Part shown: piece after piece, positions 1 to 18,331 of the stretch | Layout: each line of letters begins with the position of its first letter | How positions within the stretch are numbered: position 1 is the stretch's first letter | Assembly (NCBI GenBank): GCA_943704425.1 | Contig: CALSCP010002383.1 | Span: 18,738 to 52,149, forward strand | Reading direction: 5' to 3' | Length of the DNA stretch: 33,412 nt | Source: Ministeria vibrans ATCC 50519 | Taxonomy: Eukaryota; Protista; Filasterea | Made by a program: the position numbers and the translations under genes | Notes under the pieces: generated by a model | The model's database searches: none | Told to the model about the DNA's origin: nothing | Seen by the model: only the letters and a program-made list of their open reading frames with translations

Positions 1-80
1 AATAACTATCAGCATTAATAAATGGGTTGTATTCTTCTTCTTCATAACTATCAGCTTCTTCTACCTTGTTTCACGCGCAG

Positions 81-2360
81 GCCGACATCCCGGCGTCGGA
101 ATTCAGCGAGGCGCGCGCCCGCACCTACCTTGAGTCAATCACCTCCCTTGGCGTCCGCGTCGTGGGCATGCCGAGCAACGAAGACGCCGCACCGGAGATT
201 TTGATGAATGCTGCCCATGCCATCCGCGACGCCAATCCCGACGTGTCTGTCGACGTTGTGCGCCAGATTGCCAGTGGCGCGTACCATCTGAACTTCCTCG
301 ATGGCTTCAGTGCCTTCTACAGTATGCCAAACTGGCGTTTTAGCCTCAAAATCAATTCTTATGTTATTTTCCAATCGCTCACTCTCACATCATAACAATA
401 TTCTTAATTTTTACACACCAAAAAAAAAAAAACACCCCACTCACACAACGGCCAATGTCTTATCATCACCTTAGGTCCTTAGCATCAATCACTCACTCTT
501 TTTTTTTTGCATTGCCACTTTCCCATATTTTTCAGACAACATCACCAATGTCCTTGTCCGTGTGTCCGCACCTGGCCACGAAAACGACCCGGCCCTTCTT
601 GTCTCCGCTCACTACGATACGTCCCTCGGCAGCCCTGGTGCGTCCGATGATGCCGCCTCGATTGCCATCATGATGGAAATGGTCAACAATCTCGCGCAGA
701 GTCCGCCCCCTTTCCCCGTTGTCTTCAACTTCAACGGCGCTGAAGAGAGTATTCTCCCGGCGAGCCACGGATTTATTTCGGGCCACCCTTGGAAAAAGAA
801 CATTCGGTGCAAACCAGAGAAACCTTAGAACATGATGAATTCTAACATCATGTTGGAATTGTGTGTAGGGCCTTTATCAATCTTGACGCTGCCGGTGCGG
901 GTGGTCGCGAACTGCTCTTTCAGACAGGCCCTGGTCATGGCTGGCTTGCCCGTATCTACGCCGAGAGCAGTGCCTACCCTCATGCGAGCATTCTGGGTCA
1001 AGAGATCTTCCAGGTAAGTCAAATTTTTGTCTCATCTCTATTCCTTCGTATGATCTTTCTCTCTCTTTCTTGCCTCTGGATCGCTGTCGCTGTCTCTGTC
1101 TCTCACTACCCCCCCTCCCCCCCCTCTCTTCTTCCTAGAGTGGAATTATCCCATCTGACACAGACTACCGCATGTATCGTGATGTCGGCAAGATTCCTGG
1201 CATGGACGTCGCCTACATTGCCAATGGTTACGTGTACCACACGGTGCTCGACACGGCCGACCGTGTCACACCAGGCTCCCTCCAGCGTTGCGGTGACAAC
1301 ATGCTCGCCACAGTCCGTGGCATTCTTCACTCTGGTATTCTCACCAATGTGACAAGTCATGCAACGGATTCGGTACAGCCACCAATCTTTTTTTTTTTAA
1401 TTTATTCATCAACTCACGTCGTGGTCTTAGGTTGTGTTCTTTGACGTTCTGGGAACGTTTGCCATTGTGTACAGTCACGACACTGCAGAACTGACCAACT
1501 ACGGTGTGTCACTGATTGGCTTAATTCTCATTGTGGGCACATCGTCGTCTCTTTTGGGTCTGGTGGGTGCCATGGTTGTGCATTTGCTTGCGGCTGTGAG
1601 TGGTATTGCGCTCTCTGGTGTCATCGGCTTTGCTCTGAGCTACACTGCGCCCATGCGCTGGTTTGCGTCGCCTCTTGTTGTCGTGGGTCTTTTTGCGGCG
1701 CCCACTTTGCTGGTGATGCTGCGTGTGCATAGTTTTTTCCGTCTGCGAGGCGACACATCGTACAATGCTGCCGTTGCCTGGTGGCTCGTACTTCTTGTTG
1801 TCGGTACTTACCACAACGTGGGCTCCTCTTTCCTCCCGATGATCTGGGTGCTCTTCACCTCAATTGCCGTGCTTGTTCCCGCCAACTTATACAACATTCG
1901 TCAGCAGCGTCTCAAGGGTCTTGCGCTTGCTCTGCTCGTCCCTACCATTCTTATGGTTCAAATGTGGCTCACCGTCCTCGAAGTGTTCATCCCCCTGATG
2001 GGTCGCTCAGGCACTGTGATCAACAGCGATCTTGCCATTGGCGTGCTTTGCGGTGCCCTTACCGTCTTTACCCTGCTCGTGCCTGTCTCCGTCGTCCCCG
2101 CTGTCACCGACCGCTCGCACCTGATTCGCATCCTGCGCACCTGCGCTATTGCCGGCTTTGTCCTCGCTTTCATTGCCTTGCCCCAGTTCACCCACGACCA
2201 TCCCAAGCGCATCTTTCTTCAGCATGTTCAGCGTGAATTCATCACTCTTTCTCCTTCCGCCAATGACACGACAAAGCCCTACCTCAAAAATGCGCTCTGG
2301 GCACTTTCCCTCGATCATGATGGTGCCGAGCCCTTCCGTCAGATGGGTAAGCGTTGTGAT

Positions 2361-2448
<88 letters not shown>

Positions 2449-2965
2449 CGNNNNNNNNNNNNNNNNNNNNNNNNNNNNNNNNNNNNNNNNNNNNNNNNNN
2501 NNNNNNNNNNNNNNNNNNNNNNNNNNNNNNNNNNNNNNNNNNNNNNNNNNNNNNNNNNNNNNNNNNNNNNNNNNNNNNNNNNNNNNNNNNNNNNNNNNNN
2601 NNNNNNNNNNNNNNNNNNNNNNNNNNNNNNNNNNNNNNNNNNNNNNNNNNNNNNNNNNNNNNNNNNNNNNNNNNNNNNNNNNNNNNNNNNNNNNNNNNNN
2701 NNNNNNNNNNNNNNNNNNNNNNNNNNNNNNNNNNNNNNNNNNNNNNNNNNNNNNNNNNNNNNNNNNNNNNNNNNNNNNNNNNNNNNNNNNNNNNNNNNNN
2801 NNNNNNNNNNNNNNNNNNNNNNNNNNNNNNNNNNNNNNNNNNNNNNNNNNNNNNNNNNNNNNNNNNNNNNNNNNNNNNNNNNNNNNNNNNNNNNNNNNNN
2901 NNNNNNNNNNNNNNNNNNNNNNNNNNNNNNNNNNNNNNNNNNNNNNNNNNNNNNNNNNNNNNNNN

Positions 2966-3010
<45 letters not shown>

Positions 3011-3060
3011 AGTGATAGAGAGAGAGAGAGAGCGAGAGAGAGAGAGAGAAACAAAGTGAT

Positions 3061-3096
<36 letters not shown>

Positions 3097-3657
3097 AACA
3101 AAGTGATCGAGAAAGAGAGACGGAGAGGTTGTGGATGTGCGCTCTTGTTTTTGAGTGTACATATTGAGTGCTATTCTTACAAACATCGGGTTTTCGGGGG
3201 TTCTTTCTAGGCGGTCCGTTTACCAATGGAGAAGTGCGCATGTGCTCGCGTGACGATCAGCTGGACGAACACTGCACGTGGCCTTGGTATTTCCCGATGG
3301 AGGTAAAGCACGTTTCACTCTACCACTCTTTAGTTTACTCAGAAGACAAAGTGATAGTGAGAGAGAGTGTGTGTGTTTGAGTCAGTGAGCGTGGGAGTTA
3401 CGTTTGAGATGTTTGCTGATTTTTGCGCTCAATTATGTTTTTTTAGAGCTTTGTGGATGAGTTTATGGTGATTCCACTGCCTGACAATTCGACGGCTATT
3501 ACCAATCGGGCGTCTGTACGCGGTCGCTCCTTAGAATCTCGCTTTGACGATCCCATCATGAGCCGCACGATCGAACTGATAATTAACTGTAAGACAAAAG
3601 TAGTAACAATTATTATTGTTAATTGTGACAAACTCAATATTAATAATAATAATATTA

Positions 3658-3688
<31 letters not shown>

Positions 3689-4555
3689 TTGTAGCGTACG
3701 ATCACACAACACTCTTTGTGAACACCGGGAAGGCCTCAGTGCAGCGTATTAAGCTCGGCCCGCGCGATATCGGTCGTCCCCCTAAAAACGAATTTGGCCA
3801 GTACTTTATCTACTTTTCATCCGGTAACATGTTTGTGTGGTGTGTGACTGTAGGGTGAGTAATATGGGACTAAGAAGCTTTTTTTTTGCTGCTCTTCTCT
3901 CGAATGGATAGGGACTCGCACTCGGCAAGTGATCACGGTTGAAATTGAAGTTGCGTCTATGGGTTCAATTGGAGACATTTCGATTGGGATTGCCGGTCAC
4001 TCGTTTGGACAGAAGACACCTGAACTGGCAGAGGCACTTGCGTCCATCCCACCGCATGTGACACCACTCTGGTGGACATCGACATACACACAGTATCTGT
4101 TCAAGGGAGATCCGCCTCGCAAGAATACTGCGCCCAGGTCACCGCCGATGTTTATTCCGCCTCCTGAGGTGCTTGAGAAGATGAACGAGGCACAGGAGGC
4201 CGAGAAAGAGAAGAAAGCAGCTGCTGGGAAGGCTGTTGATGGTGGCAATCTTGCAAGCAATATCCCTCCTCCCCCAGTTGCTGCTCCTGTGCCCAAGCCT
4301 GCTGCTCCTGTGCCCAAGCCGGCTGCTCCTGTGCCCAAGCCTGCTGCTCCTGTGCCCAAGCCGGCTGCTCCTGTGCCCAAGCCTGCTGCTCCTGTGCCCA
4401 AGCCTGCTGCTCCTGTGCCCAAGCCGGCTGACGCTGTACCCAAGCCTGCTGCTCCTGTGCCCAAGCCTGCTGCTCCTGCGCCGAAACCTGCTGCTTCTGC
4501 GTCTAAGCCCGCTGATGCTGTGCCCAAGCCCCCTGCTTCCGAGCAAAAACCATGA
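81..4555 (+). CDS. ERMP1: Endoplasmic reticulum metallopeptidase 1-like (peptidase M28), 5'-partial, multi-exon
   Basis: Exons about 81-321, 536-806, 869-1013, 1139-1372, 1431-2346, 3211-3302, 3447-3588, 3695-3823 and 3912-4555, all GT-AG and phase-consistent. M28 motifs: [44 protein letters not shown] multi-TM region follows (1431-2346), then HPKRIFLQH, and a Pro/Ala/Lys repeat tail. The first exon lies upstream of the window. Confidence 0.93.
2363..3120. repeat. (GA)n microsatellite flanking an assembly gap, with AAACAAAGTGAT units
   Basis: GA runs at about 2363-2446 and 2966-3120 inside ERMP1 intron 2347-3210. Confidence 0.95.
2451..2965. other. Assembly gap (N run)
   Basis: Run of n characters. 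Exon phases on either side match, so no exon is required within it. Confidence 1.
4274..4535 (+). repeat. Coding 21-bp tandem repeat (PAAPVPK)n, about 11-12 units
   Basis: cctgctgctcctgtgcccaag units in the last ERMP1 exon. Confidence 0.95.
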
Positions 4556-4614
4556 AGAAGAACATCTTACAAAAAATACAATTGTTTTCTTTACATCAAT
4601 CATACATCACTTCA

Positions 4615-6095
4615 TCACTTCAGCAGAGCCTTCGGACAGCGCGTCGTCAGACTGTCTGCATCATGATCTTTATGCACAGCGATGCCTTCCGCGCCCAATG
4701 CAGAACACTGCATGTGCTCCAGAGTGGCCAGCACAGTGAGCGCAGACTGGTCAAATCGGTGGTTGCGTCGCGACGCACTCCACGGCGCAATGCACTCCGC
4801 CACAAGCGCACACGCCTCCCACTGCCGCACCACACTCTCGTATTCTCGTCGATCTATCCCAATAATTGCCGCATTTACGTTTCCCGCGTTCTCCAGCGAA
4901 GCGCCGTTGTCATTCGTCAAATAACTGTGTGTGTGTGAGAGAGAGAGACCCGAGAAACAAACATTGGGTGAGATTTTTTAATAATATTATAAGTATAATA
5001 TGACATGATACCTAATTTGATCGGGAAGCGCCCAATCACGCAGATGCCCACTGGAACAAGGAAATAGATAACCCTGAGAGGCAATGCGACGCACTGCCGA
5101 GGAGACCCCGCCTTGCACGAGCACCCGGTTGCCTGCGTCGAGCCAGAGCACGGCGTTGGCGTCGCGACGGAGCACCTCCGCAATGATCATGGGCTTCCAC
5201 GCATAGTTGCCATGCCATTCGGGCGCTCGCATGTGTACGTGTGGCGGACTCTGGGTGTAGTCAAAGGAGCGCAGAATGAATGCAAATTGGGTGCCGCGCA
5301 GGTCTTTTTCAATGACGCAGTTGAGACGCGCCACGTTGCGCCCCGACAGTCCCAGGCTGTACACGATGACGGGGGCCGTCAGAAGCTGATCCATCTCGAC
5401 AAGCGAATGAAGCAGATGGAGCAGCGATTCAAAGTGGTTGTCGGAGGCGGCGGTGACCACAGCAGCTTTGGTGGTGGTCGGCTGGAGTGTGACGGTGGGC
5501 ACGGTGGCCGTGAAGTATGCCCCGCTGCGTGATGGCGGAAGCGCTGGCTTTGCTTCGTTGGGCACGTTGGCCACCAGCGTTTCTGTGCAGCCTGTCGACC
5601 AGGGAACCATATCGCGCGTGGCCAAGCATGTGAGTTGGCCTGTCAGCGAGCTAGTGATCCGCGAGAGAAACGCCTCCGTCTTCAGAGCGTTTCGTGTGGC
5701 GTTGCAGAGCAGTCTCCCCACAAGCCCATCGCCCACGACCACCGTGGTCTTCTCAAACGACGACCACGGAAGCGACACAAGCCGTGCTTGCAAGGAGGCC
5801 GCCAGCGCCAGCGGCCCTGCACTGGTGCCGACCAGAGACACACAAAGGTGTCCAGAGCGCTATGTTTCAAAAACAACAAATCCGCGTTTTTCACTTGATT
5901 CCCATCAGCGGAGCGTACCTTCTTCTGAGGCTCCACAGGCGTCTGTTCAACCGGGCTGAGGTTGCGATGCGTCCGGGGCAGCGTGGGGCCCTGTTGGGGC
6001 CGGTGGGTCGATGCAACAGTGAACACAGCGACGCTTGTCATGGCAACGGCCGCCAGCACGAGCGCCCACGCAAGAACGGCGCCGAATGAACGCAT
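4615..6095 (-). CDS. DUF1647-family putative glycosyltransferase-like protein with N-terminal signal anchor
   Basis: Exons 6095-5919, 5859-5012 and 4924-4615. Hydrophobic N-terminus MRSFGAVLAWALVLAAV. Motifs VVTAASDNHF, VIVYSLGLS, FDY, YAWKPMII, VLWLDAG, W..CAL...CIAP and NHRFDQSAL match DUF1647 as I recall it. Confidence 0.8.
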
Positions 6096-6411
6096 TGGGA
6101 CGCAGGCCAGGCAGGAATGGTATCTCCACGACAGAAGAAGAATAATAATTAATATTACAAGAAGACATTTTCAATTTATTGTCAATCACAAACGAAAAGC
6201 GAATACGTCAAGAGAAATAAATAGAGAATCGAGAGCTGTACTCATTATTAATGAAATGAATTGTATGAATTCACTAGTCAAAATGTTATAACAAGACGGA
6301 ATTATTCGGTGCAGAATTGAAATCAAACGAAGAAACGTTTAATAATCATTGCGGTAATAAAAGTTAAACTGTATTGGACGAGAGTAAAACCCAAAAAGAA
6401 AAAGAGAGCAA

Positions 6412-11711
<5,300 letters not shown>

Positions 11712-11967
11712 TTCCAAGCACGAGAGACTAGAGAGGCAAATTGAGTAAGGACGGAACACTCTAAACTGAAGTCAGGAGGAGTAATATTTCATGTGTGTCA
11801 TCATGTCATTATTCCTTAATAGTGCCATTTCAATTACTGTTTTGATTACGTCTAATATGACATATCACTAACCCCCCCCACCCACTTGTCAACAACGGAC
11901 ACGCGCCCACTCAACGTATTATTTGGCTGGTGACCCTTTTTTTTGTTTACAATCAGTCATTGTTCTT

Positions 11968-13103
11968 TCATTGAACCTTCTCCTTGCCAGCCAACTCCTT
12001 CTCCTTCTTCTCCTTCCGCTTCTGCTTCCGCTCCTCCTTCTCCTTGGCAATATCATCATTTGTTTTGCTCTCCCAAAATGGTCTAAAGAAAAACAATCAG
12101 TCAACAATTCTGTCTCTCTGTCACACGCGCTGTCTCTCAGCGTTTTTATGTACTTGAACGATTCCAAGACACCCGCATCGGCAAACAGATTAGGCAGGAG
12201 CCACGCGTGACGAGTGCCACCCGAAATCGCATAAACTAGAGCAAAAAATCAATAAAACACTCATATACTTATATATATTTTTGGTGGTTCGTACTTGTGA
12301 GGTAAATTGAGTAACGGACAATTGTACCGACAAAAAGCAGTGCAATAAGAAGCGCCAAAGCAATGTACATGACACCCTGGCGAAGCACAGCGGGCCACAT
12401 CGGCATCATAATCAGCGCTAAAAACCGATCAAAAAGAATCATTCACAAAACTAGTATTATGAATTTTCTTGTTTGGTTTCTAACATGCAACTCCTGCGAG
12501 CAGCAGCAGACCCCAGTACAGGTTGCTGGGAGGATCGTATGTCCATACGTAGAGGTCTTCGCGGCCACTGACAAATGTTTGCTTGTGATGCGCTTTCCAG
12601 AGTGTTCGCTATAATAACATAGACACACACACACACACACACAGACACAGTCACACTCAATCAATCAATCCTGTCGTCTCTTTTTCGCTTCCTACCCCTT
12701 CCTGCGTGTAGCTCGCGATGCGTGCAAAGTTTCCCCTTCGTCTCAGATACTCACAGAGTCGCTCGGCGTCCTGGCTGGACGAGACAAGCGCATCTGACGC
12801 GTGGCAAAAAAAACGAAGTGTTCACAGACGTTTTCTTCGTTTTGACACACCCAATGCATACCGTCACCCTCGGCAAGCTTAGATCGCAGCAAACACTTCA
12901 CAGCCTTGGCACCTGAGCAGCCAAACCCGCCCCAGCGGCGGTGTGAGCGGCAACACAAAGCAAAAACAGCACTTACCGGGAAACACTTGGCATTTGCGTC
13001 CTTCCACACGCACCGTCTTCGTTTCGACGCCACCGTAGAGCACGCCAACAACTCGATCAAGAGTCTTCTTTGGGTACAGAGGTTCGTCTTCGTCGTCACT
13101 CAT
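11968..13103 (-). CDS. SEC62: Translocation protein Sec62
   Basis: Exons 13103-12977, 12912-12862, 12793-12696, 12608-12485, 12417-12295, 12235-12154 and 12082-11968. The spliced product has FPGAKAVKCLLRSK, QTFVSGREDLYVWTYDP, TM1-MPMWP-TM2, GGTRHAWLLPNLFADAGVLESFKP and a Lys/Glu tail, all hallmark Sec62 motifs. Confidence 0.92.
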
Positions 13104-13219
13104 TGAAAATTAAAACAAGTGCAAAAGTTTGATCATCAAAAGATTATTCACAACAAATCACTTCACACTCATTTCATCTTTCGTTTGTCAAGCCCACTTG
13201 ATCTTTCATCTTGGATTCT

Positions 13220-16200
13220 ATGGACGAATCAGTAAGACACGAAAGGCAGCAATAGTTTTTTTTGGGGGGGTTTCTCTTTTTCAGATCCCATCGTTGACTG
13301 TTCATGACTTTTCTTGCAAAAAAAGGTACGCGAGAAGCGTCTACGACGACTCGGCGGCGGCGGCGACCCGGCCACTGCCTCGATGTCTACCGAGAGTGCA
13401 TCTGATGCAGCGAGCGCGCCGCCAAATGCGACGAGTTCGCCCATGGAGGGTGTTGAGGTTGTTCCTGGGTCGACTGGACCGCAAACGTCCGCCAAGGCGC
13501 TCCCGCCAGCGACTCCTCTGGCCAGCGCAGTGCCGGCGTCGTCGACGAGCGCAGCAACATCGCCTGCGCCGAAACCCTTGCCGGAAAACTGGCAACAACG
13601 GGCGATTCTCGACGTACTCAACTTGTCGGCACTCGACGCGTCTGTGGCGAGTGTGCGCGCGCAAATCGCCGACGAGCGCGGGCTTGATGCCGACAGCGCC
13701 GCCGCTGTGAACGTCGACGGCGAGTCGCTCGAGCGTCTTGTTGTCGCCGTGCTGTCGACACTGCCGGCAACTGCCTCATCGCGTCTCGAGTGGCTGCTCA
13801 GCGCCTACCGCCGCGTCACCGGTCCTCAGTCAAGTGCGTTTCGTCGTCGCGTCGAAGTCATCGACTTCCTGCGCACCACCATTCGCCCTCTGATTGTTGC
13901 GTACGCCAACTTGACGCTGTGCGTGCCAGCCCTGGTGGGTGGACCAGCCAACAGTGCCTCATTCTTTGTCGGGGCCCTCATTGACAGCACCTTTGAATTG
14001 CCGCATGGCTTTCTCGCTGAGCTGCTCGCCAGCACGGCTGACTCGCCTGCACTTCTGGACCACGTTGTCACTCCTCTTGCACAGCGTCTGCACGCGACTT
14101 TCCAACAGGGCTCATTGGGACTGCCCGACTACCTTCCTGCACTGCGTCTCCTCTGCAATCTCTCGACGAGCGTCTCGGCCGTCCAGCACATCCAGTCACT
14201 GCCCCTCTGGTTGCCTCCCAGCGACGAGGCACCGACAGGTCGTGAACTACAACTGCGCTCGCTCCTGGGCGCTGCCCTCACGCCGTCTATTGTGGCCACT
14301 GACGACCCGTTTGCCGCACAGCGCTTTTTCGCGGGTAACATGAGCCATCGCTCCGCCCAGAGCGTTGAGGACACGAAACGCAGTGTGCGCAATGCACTCC
14401 AGCACGTTCAAGACTCTCTCACGGACACCATCCGCTCCATGGTCAAGAAGAAGCCGGCGCGTGAGGCTGTGCTTGCATTCCTTGCCGAGACCATTGACCG
14501 TAATCGCAAGCGCTCGCAAGAATACGCGACTTTCCTTGTGCATGCCACCGACGGATTCTTCCTCAACCTCCAGTCGGTGCTTTTTGCCCTCTGCGAGCCC
14601 ATTTACGACCCGCTCGCACCCAAGTTTGACCGCATTGACGCACACTATTTGATCCATCCGCGGTCGCGTCTGCGCTCGACCACCGACGATGCGACCAAAT
14701 TGGCCATTGTCGACGCCACCGAGGCACCGCACTGGGTCGACGTGCGCAATCAGCCTCGCATCCAGAACTTCCAGAATGCAATGCGCGAACAGCAGTTGAC
14801 GGTGGAGGGGACTTCAGAGCACACTGGTGCAAGTGCAGACAGTTGCACGGGCGAGGGTGGTGCGACTGTGGAGAGTGCACCCGAAGTCAATTTCATTACG
14901 GAGATCTTCTTTCTTACGTCCGCTATGGGACACATTGGGCTGATTCGGTCCATTTCGCGCTTTGAAAAGATCAACGAGCGACTGCAAAAGACACACCGTG
15001 AAGTGGAGCGGCGTCGACAGTCGCCTTCAGCGCACCCCTCAGCCGCTGAAGAGCTGACCCAGCTCGAAGCAACACTGCAAGGGCTCACCCGCCAACACGT
15101 CGCCTTTGACACGGCCCTTCTATCTGACTCGTTGATGGATGCCGCTCTCCGCTACTACTCTGCCACCGCGCATTGGCTTGTCTCCATTGCCGATCCTCTC
15201 AACAAGGGCCTTCCTCTCTCGCGATCCGTAACTCATCACATTACAGAGAGAGGAGGGAAAAGAAAAAAAATCAAATTTATAGAGAGAGGGAGAGAGAGAG
15301 AAAAAAAAATATGTATGTGTGTGCGTATCTCACGGAGAGAAAGAATGGTCGAGTGAGAGAAAAATAGGGAATACGGAATGGTTCTCATATTATCATAACA
15401 ACTATAGGTTCCCGCGAGCTTTGCCTCGTTTCCCGAGTCTATTCTTGAGGACGCAGTGTCATTTTTCCTCTTTATTGCTCGCTGGAGACCACAACAGTTT
15501 CAGAGCGTAAGTGAAAAGGTTAATTGGAAATCGAACGTGTACTTATTTCGTGTTGCAAATTTTGCTTTTTTTTGTATAGTGTCCAATGACCGACATTACG
15601 CGACTCATTATTCTGTTCATGAACAGTGAAGGATATGTGAAGAACCCGTATCTGCGAGCAAAGGTACGAACTCAATGTATGTGCATGTGTGTGTCTTTGA
15701 AGGGAAATATATACACAAATGCGGAGAATATTCTCAGTCTGTGTCTGATTGAGTGCGTTGTCCATTTGATGTTCTCTGTCAATGGTCTGCATGTACCTCT
15801 CTGGTGACTCTCACTTTGTATTTCTGTCTGTTTTTTCTGTGTTTTTTTGACTCTTTGTCTGACTCTGACTCTCTGTCTTGCGTCCTTTTAAATCGTTTCA
15901 GCTCGTTGAAATCCTATACCATCTGACACCCGACGCACAACAACACCGCTCTCGTTCCCTCTCCGGTTCGCACTCACTACTCTCCTTCTGCGAATACGAC
16001 CCTCTTGCGCTCTCCTATATGATTCCGGGTCTTATGCGTCTGTATGTCGATGTGGAGAACACTGGTTCTCATACTCAATTCTTTGACAAGTTCTCCATTC
16101 GCTACCATTCTGCTATTGTCCTCAGAGTAAGAAACATAGAGAAAGAAAGAAAAAGTGATAGTGCGAGAGAGAGAGAGAGAGTGAGAGAGTGAGAGAGGAG

Positions 16201-18276
16201 GGAGAAAGAAACTAAATGATAGAATTGACTCGAGATGGAGAAACGACGCTTTCATAGCGTCCTTCTGACTCTACTGCAATCTAATTATACGTCTGGCACA
16301 ATTCAAGACACGCACACTCACGTATTAACTTTCTTTTTGTCACTCACACACACTTTCCCTGTCACTCTTCCCTCCCCCTAGAACCTGTGGCAGTATCCTG
16401 GTCATCGCGATGCCATGGTTCATACCAGCGCATCTAATCGCGATCTTTTCTGCAAGTTTGTCAATATGCTCATGAACGACACGACGTTTCAATTGGACGA
16501 AGTAAGTCACCGAACGTCACTCTTACTCAATCTCTAAAAATATAACACTACGTCTTGTCGTTTGTATTTTAGAGCATTGAGTGTCTGATGAAAATCAATA
16601 CGCTTCAGAAACTAATGGGAAACCCAATGGAATGGAACTCCCTCTCTGCCGAACAGAAAGACGAACACACAACTGATCTGAACACTCAAGTAAGAAATAT
16701 TACTAGATTTAGCATTGGAGTCACTTTCTGTGTTTTTTGTTTTATCTTATTATTTTACTCCATAACCAACACACCCGTCTTTAATACTCGCCCACTCACT
16801 CTCACGACACACATTCACGTTGTATCAACTCATCACTTGAGATCACTTTTGCGAAACTCACCCACAATATATTCTTATATTCACAGTAACGTTACTATTG
16901 TCTTCGGGTTACTCATCACTCACTATCACTCACATACATTTTATCGAGTCTTATAAGCAGCGTGGAAAGGCACACAGATACACACACACTGACTGTATCT
17001 ATTCTATTTGCTTCACTGCCATTAGGAGTCTCGCGCGCGCTCGTGGCTTCAATTCCTTCCCGAGTCAATGCATCTCTTTACTGTCCTCACACAGACCATC
17101 CAAAGTGCCTTTCTTGTTCCTGAGCTCATTGAGCGCTTGGCTGCAATGCTGTCCCAGAACCTGTTGACTCTGGCTGGTCCCAAATCACAACAGAACATTA
17201 AGGTTCTCGTTTCCTTTTGGCTATCAACTGTGGCATTGACCCTGGTGTATGCGTGTGTCTGTGGTGTTTGTGTTAGGTTACGAATCCAGAGAAATATGGA
17301 TTTAAACCTCGCGATCTGCTGTGCGCGCTGATTGATGTGTTTGTAAATCTGTGCGAAGCGGACGACTATGCACTCTCGAAGGCAGTTGCAAAGGTAACCC
17401 TCACGCTAACCCTAACTCTAATCCTAATGCCAACTCTATTTCTCTATTTGTCTCCAGGTGGGCCCCCACTACGACCACTCGGTGTTCCTCCACGCTGTCT
17501 CACTCCTCACCCGCTTCAACATGCGTCCCACGCCAATCACTCAAAAAATGTACTCGTTTATCGAGCGAGTTGAGCTGACCAAGCTCGCGGATCAGGAAGA
17601 AGATGAGTATCTTGGCGATGACATTCCAGAAGAGTTCCAAGGTACTATTAATTGTATTATTATAATTTAATAATCATATAAGTATACAGTTATGTACTAT
17701 ACTATGCATACATTCACTTACCCACCGATCTCCATCACCCACTGATATCCACTCTCCCACTTGTTTGATCTGATCATTTCACTAATTCAACTCATATTCA
17801 TGTTTCCTGACCCTTGTTTTGTTCGTGTGTCAGACCCTCTGATGTCGACTATTATGCAAGATCCAGTGCTCCTCCCAACCTCAAACAACATTCTCGATCG
17901 AAGCACGTAAGACCCTCACTCATTCTCACTCTTTATGACAACTCATTCTCACTCTTTGTGACAACTCACTCTCACCGACTCATGTGACAACTCACTCATG
18001 TAGCAACTCACTTACTCGTATATGACACCTCACTCCTATAACTCACTCGCACATACTCACTTGTATCTGTTTTACTTACGACTCGATCCTATGTGAATTT
18101 TTACTTATGACTTTCTCTTATTCTCATTTAGGATTGTGCAATGTCTCATGAATGATCCAATTGATCCGTTCAATCGCAAAGCACTTTCTGTCAAAGATCT
18201 GATTCCTCAGACGGAGCTTAAAGAGAAAATCACTCAATGGCTCAAAGAAAAGAGAGAAGAAATGCGCAAAAAGTAA
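13220..18276 (+). CDS. UBE4B: Ubiquitin conjugation factor E4 (Ufd2/UBE4B), U-box E3/E4 ligase
   Basis: Exons about 13220-13231 (tentative start MDES), 13326-15227, 15408-15506, 15580-15663, 15902-16126, 16382-16501, 16573-16689, 17026-17202, 17277-17393, 17458-17641, 17834-17906 and 18132-18276. Motifs REKRLRRL, DGFFLNL, NFITEIFFLT, KNPYLRAKLVE, TGSHTQFFDKFSIR, FVNMLMND, RLAAML, and U-box IPEEFQDPLM...DPVLLPTS...DPFNR. Confidence 0.94.
17917..18060 (+). repeat. Degenerate intronic minisatellite (GACAACTCA[T/C]TCTCACT-type units)
   Basis: Recurring tgacaactca units in UBE4B intron 17907-18131. Confidence 0.7.
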
Positions 18277-18331
18277 AAAATTATTAATGAAGAAAATGAG
18301 CGAAAAAGTCTTTTTTGCAATGTTTATTTCG

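Noticed and set aside
2007-3241. Long ORFs with ER/SL repeats and X runs
   Set aside because: Artefacts of the (GA)n microsatellite and N gap; the same applies to ORFs at 7024-7328, 8529-9333 and 10181-10583
3997-4603. Antisense ORFs with (GLGTGAA)n or (SSRLGHR)n
   Set aside because: Shadow frames of the PAAPVPK coding repeat
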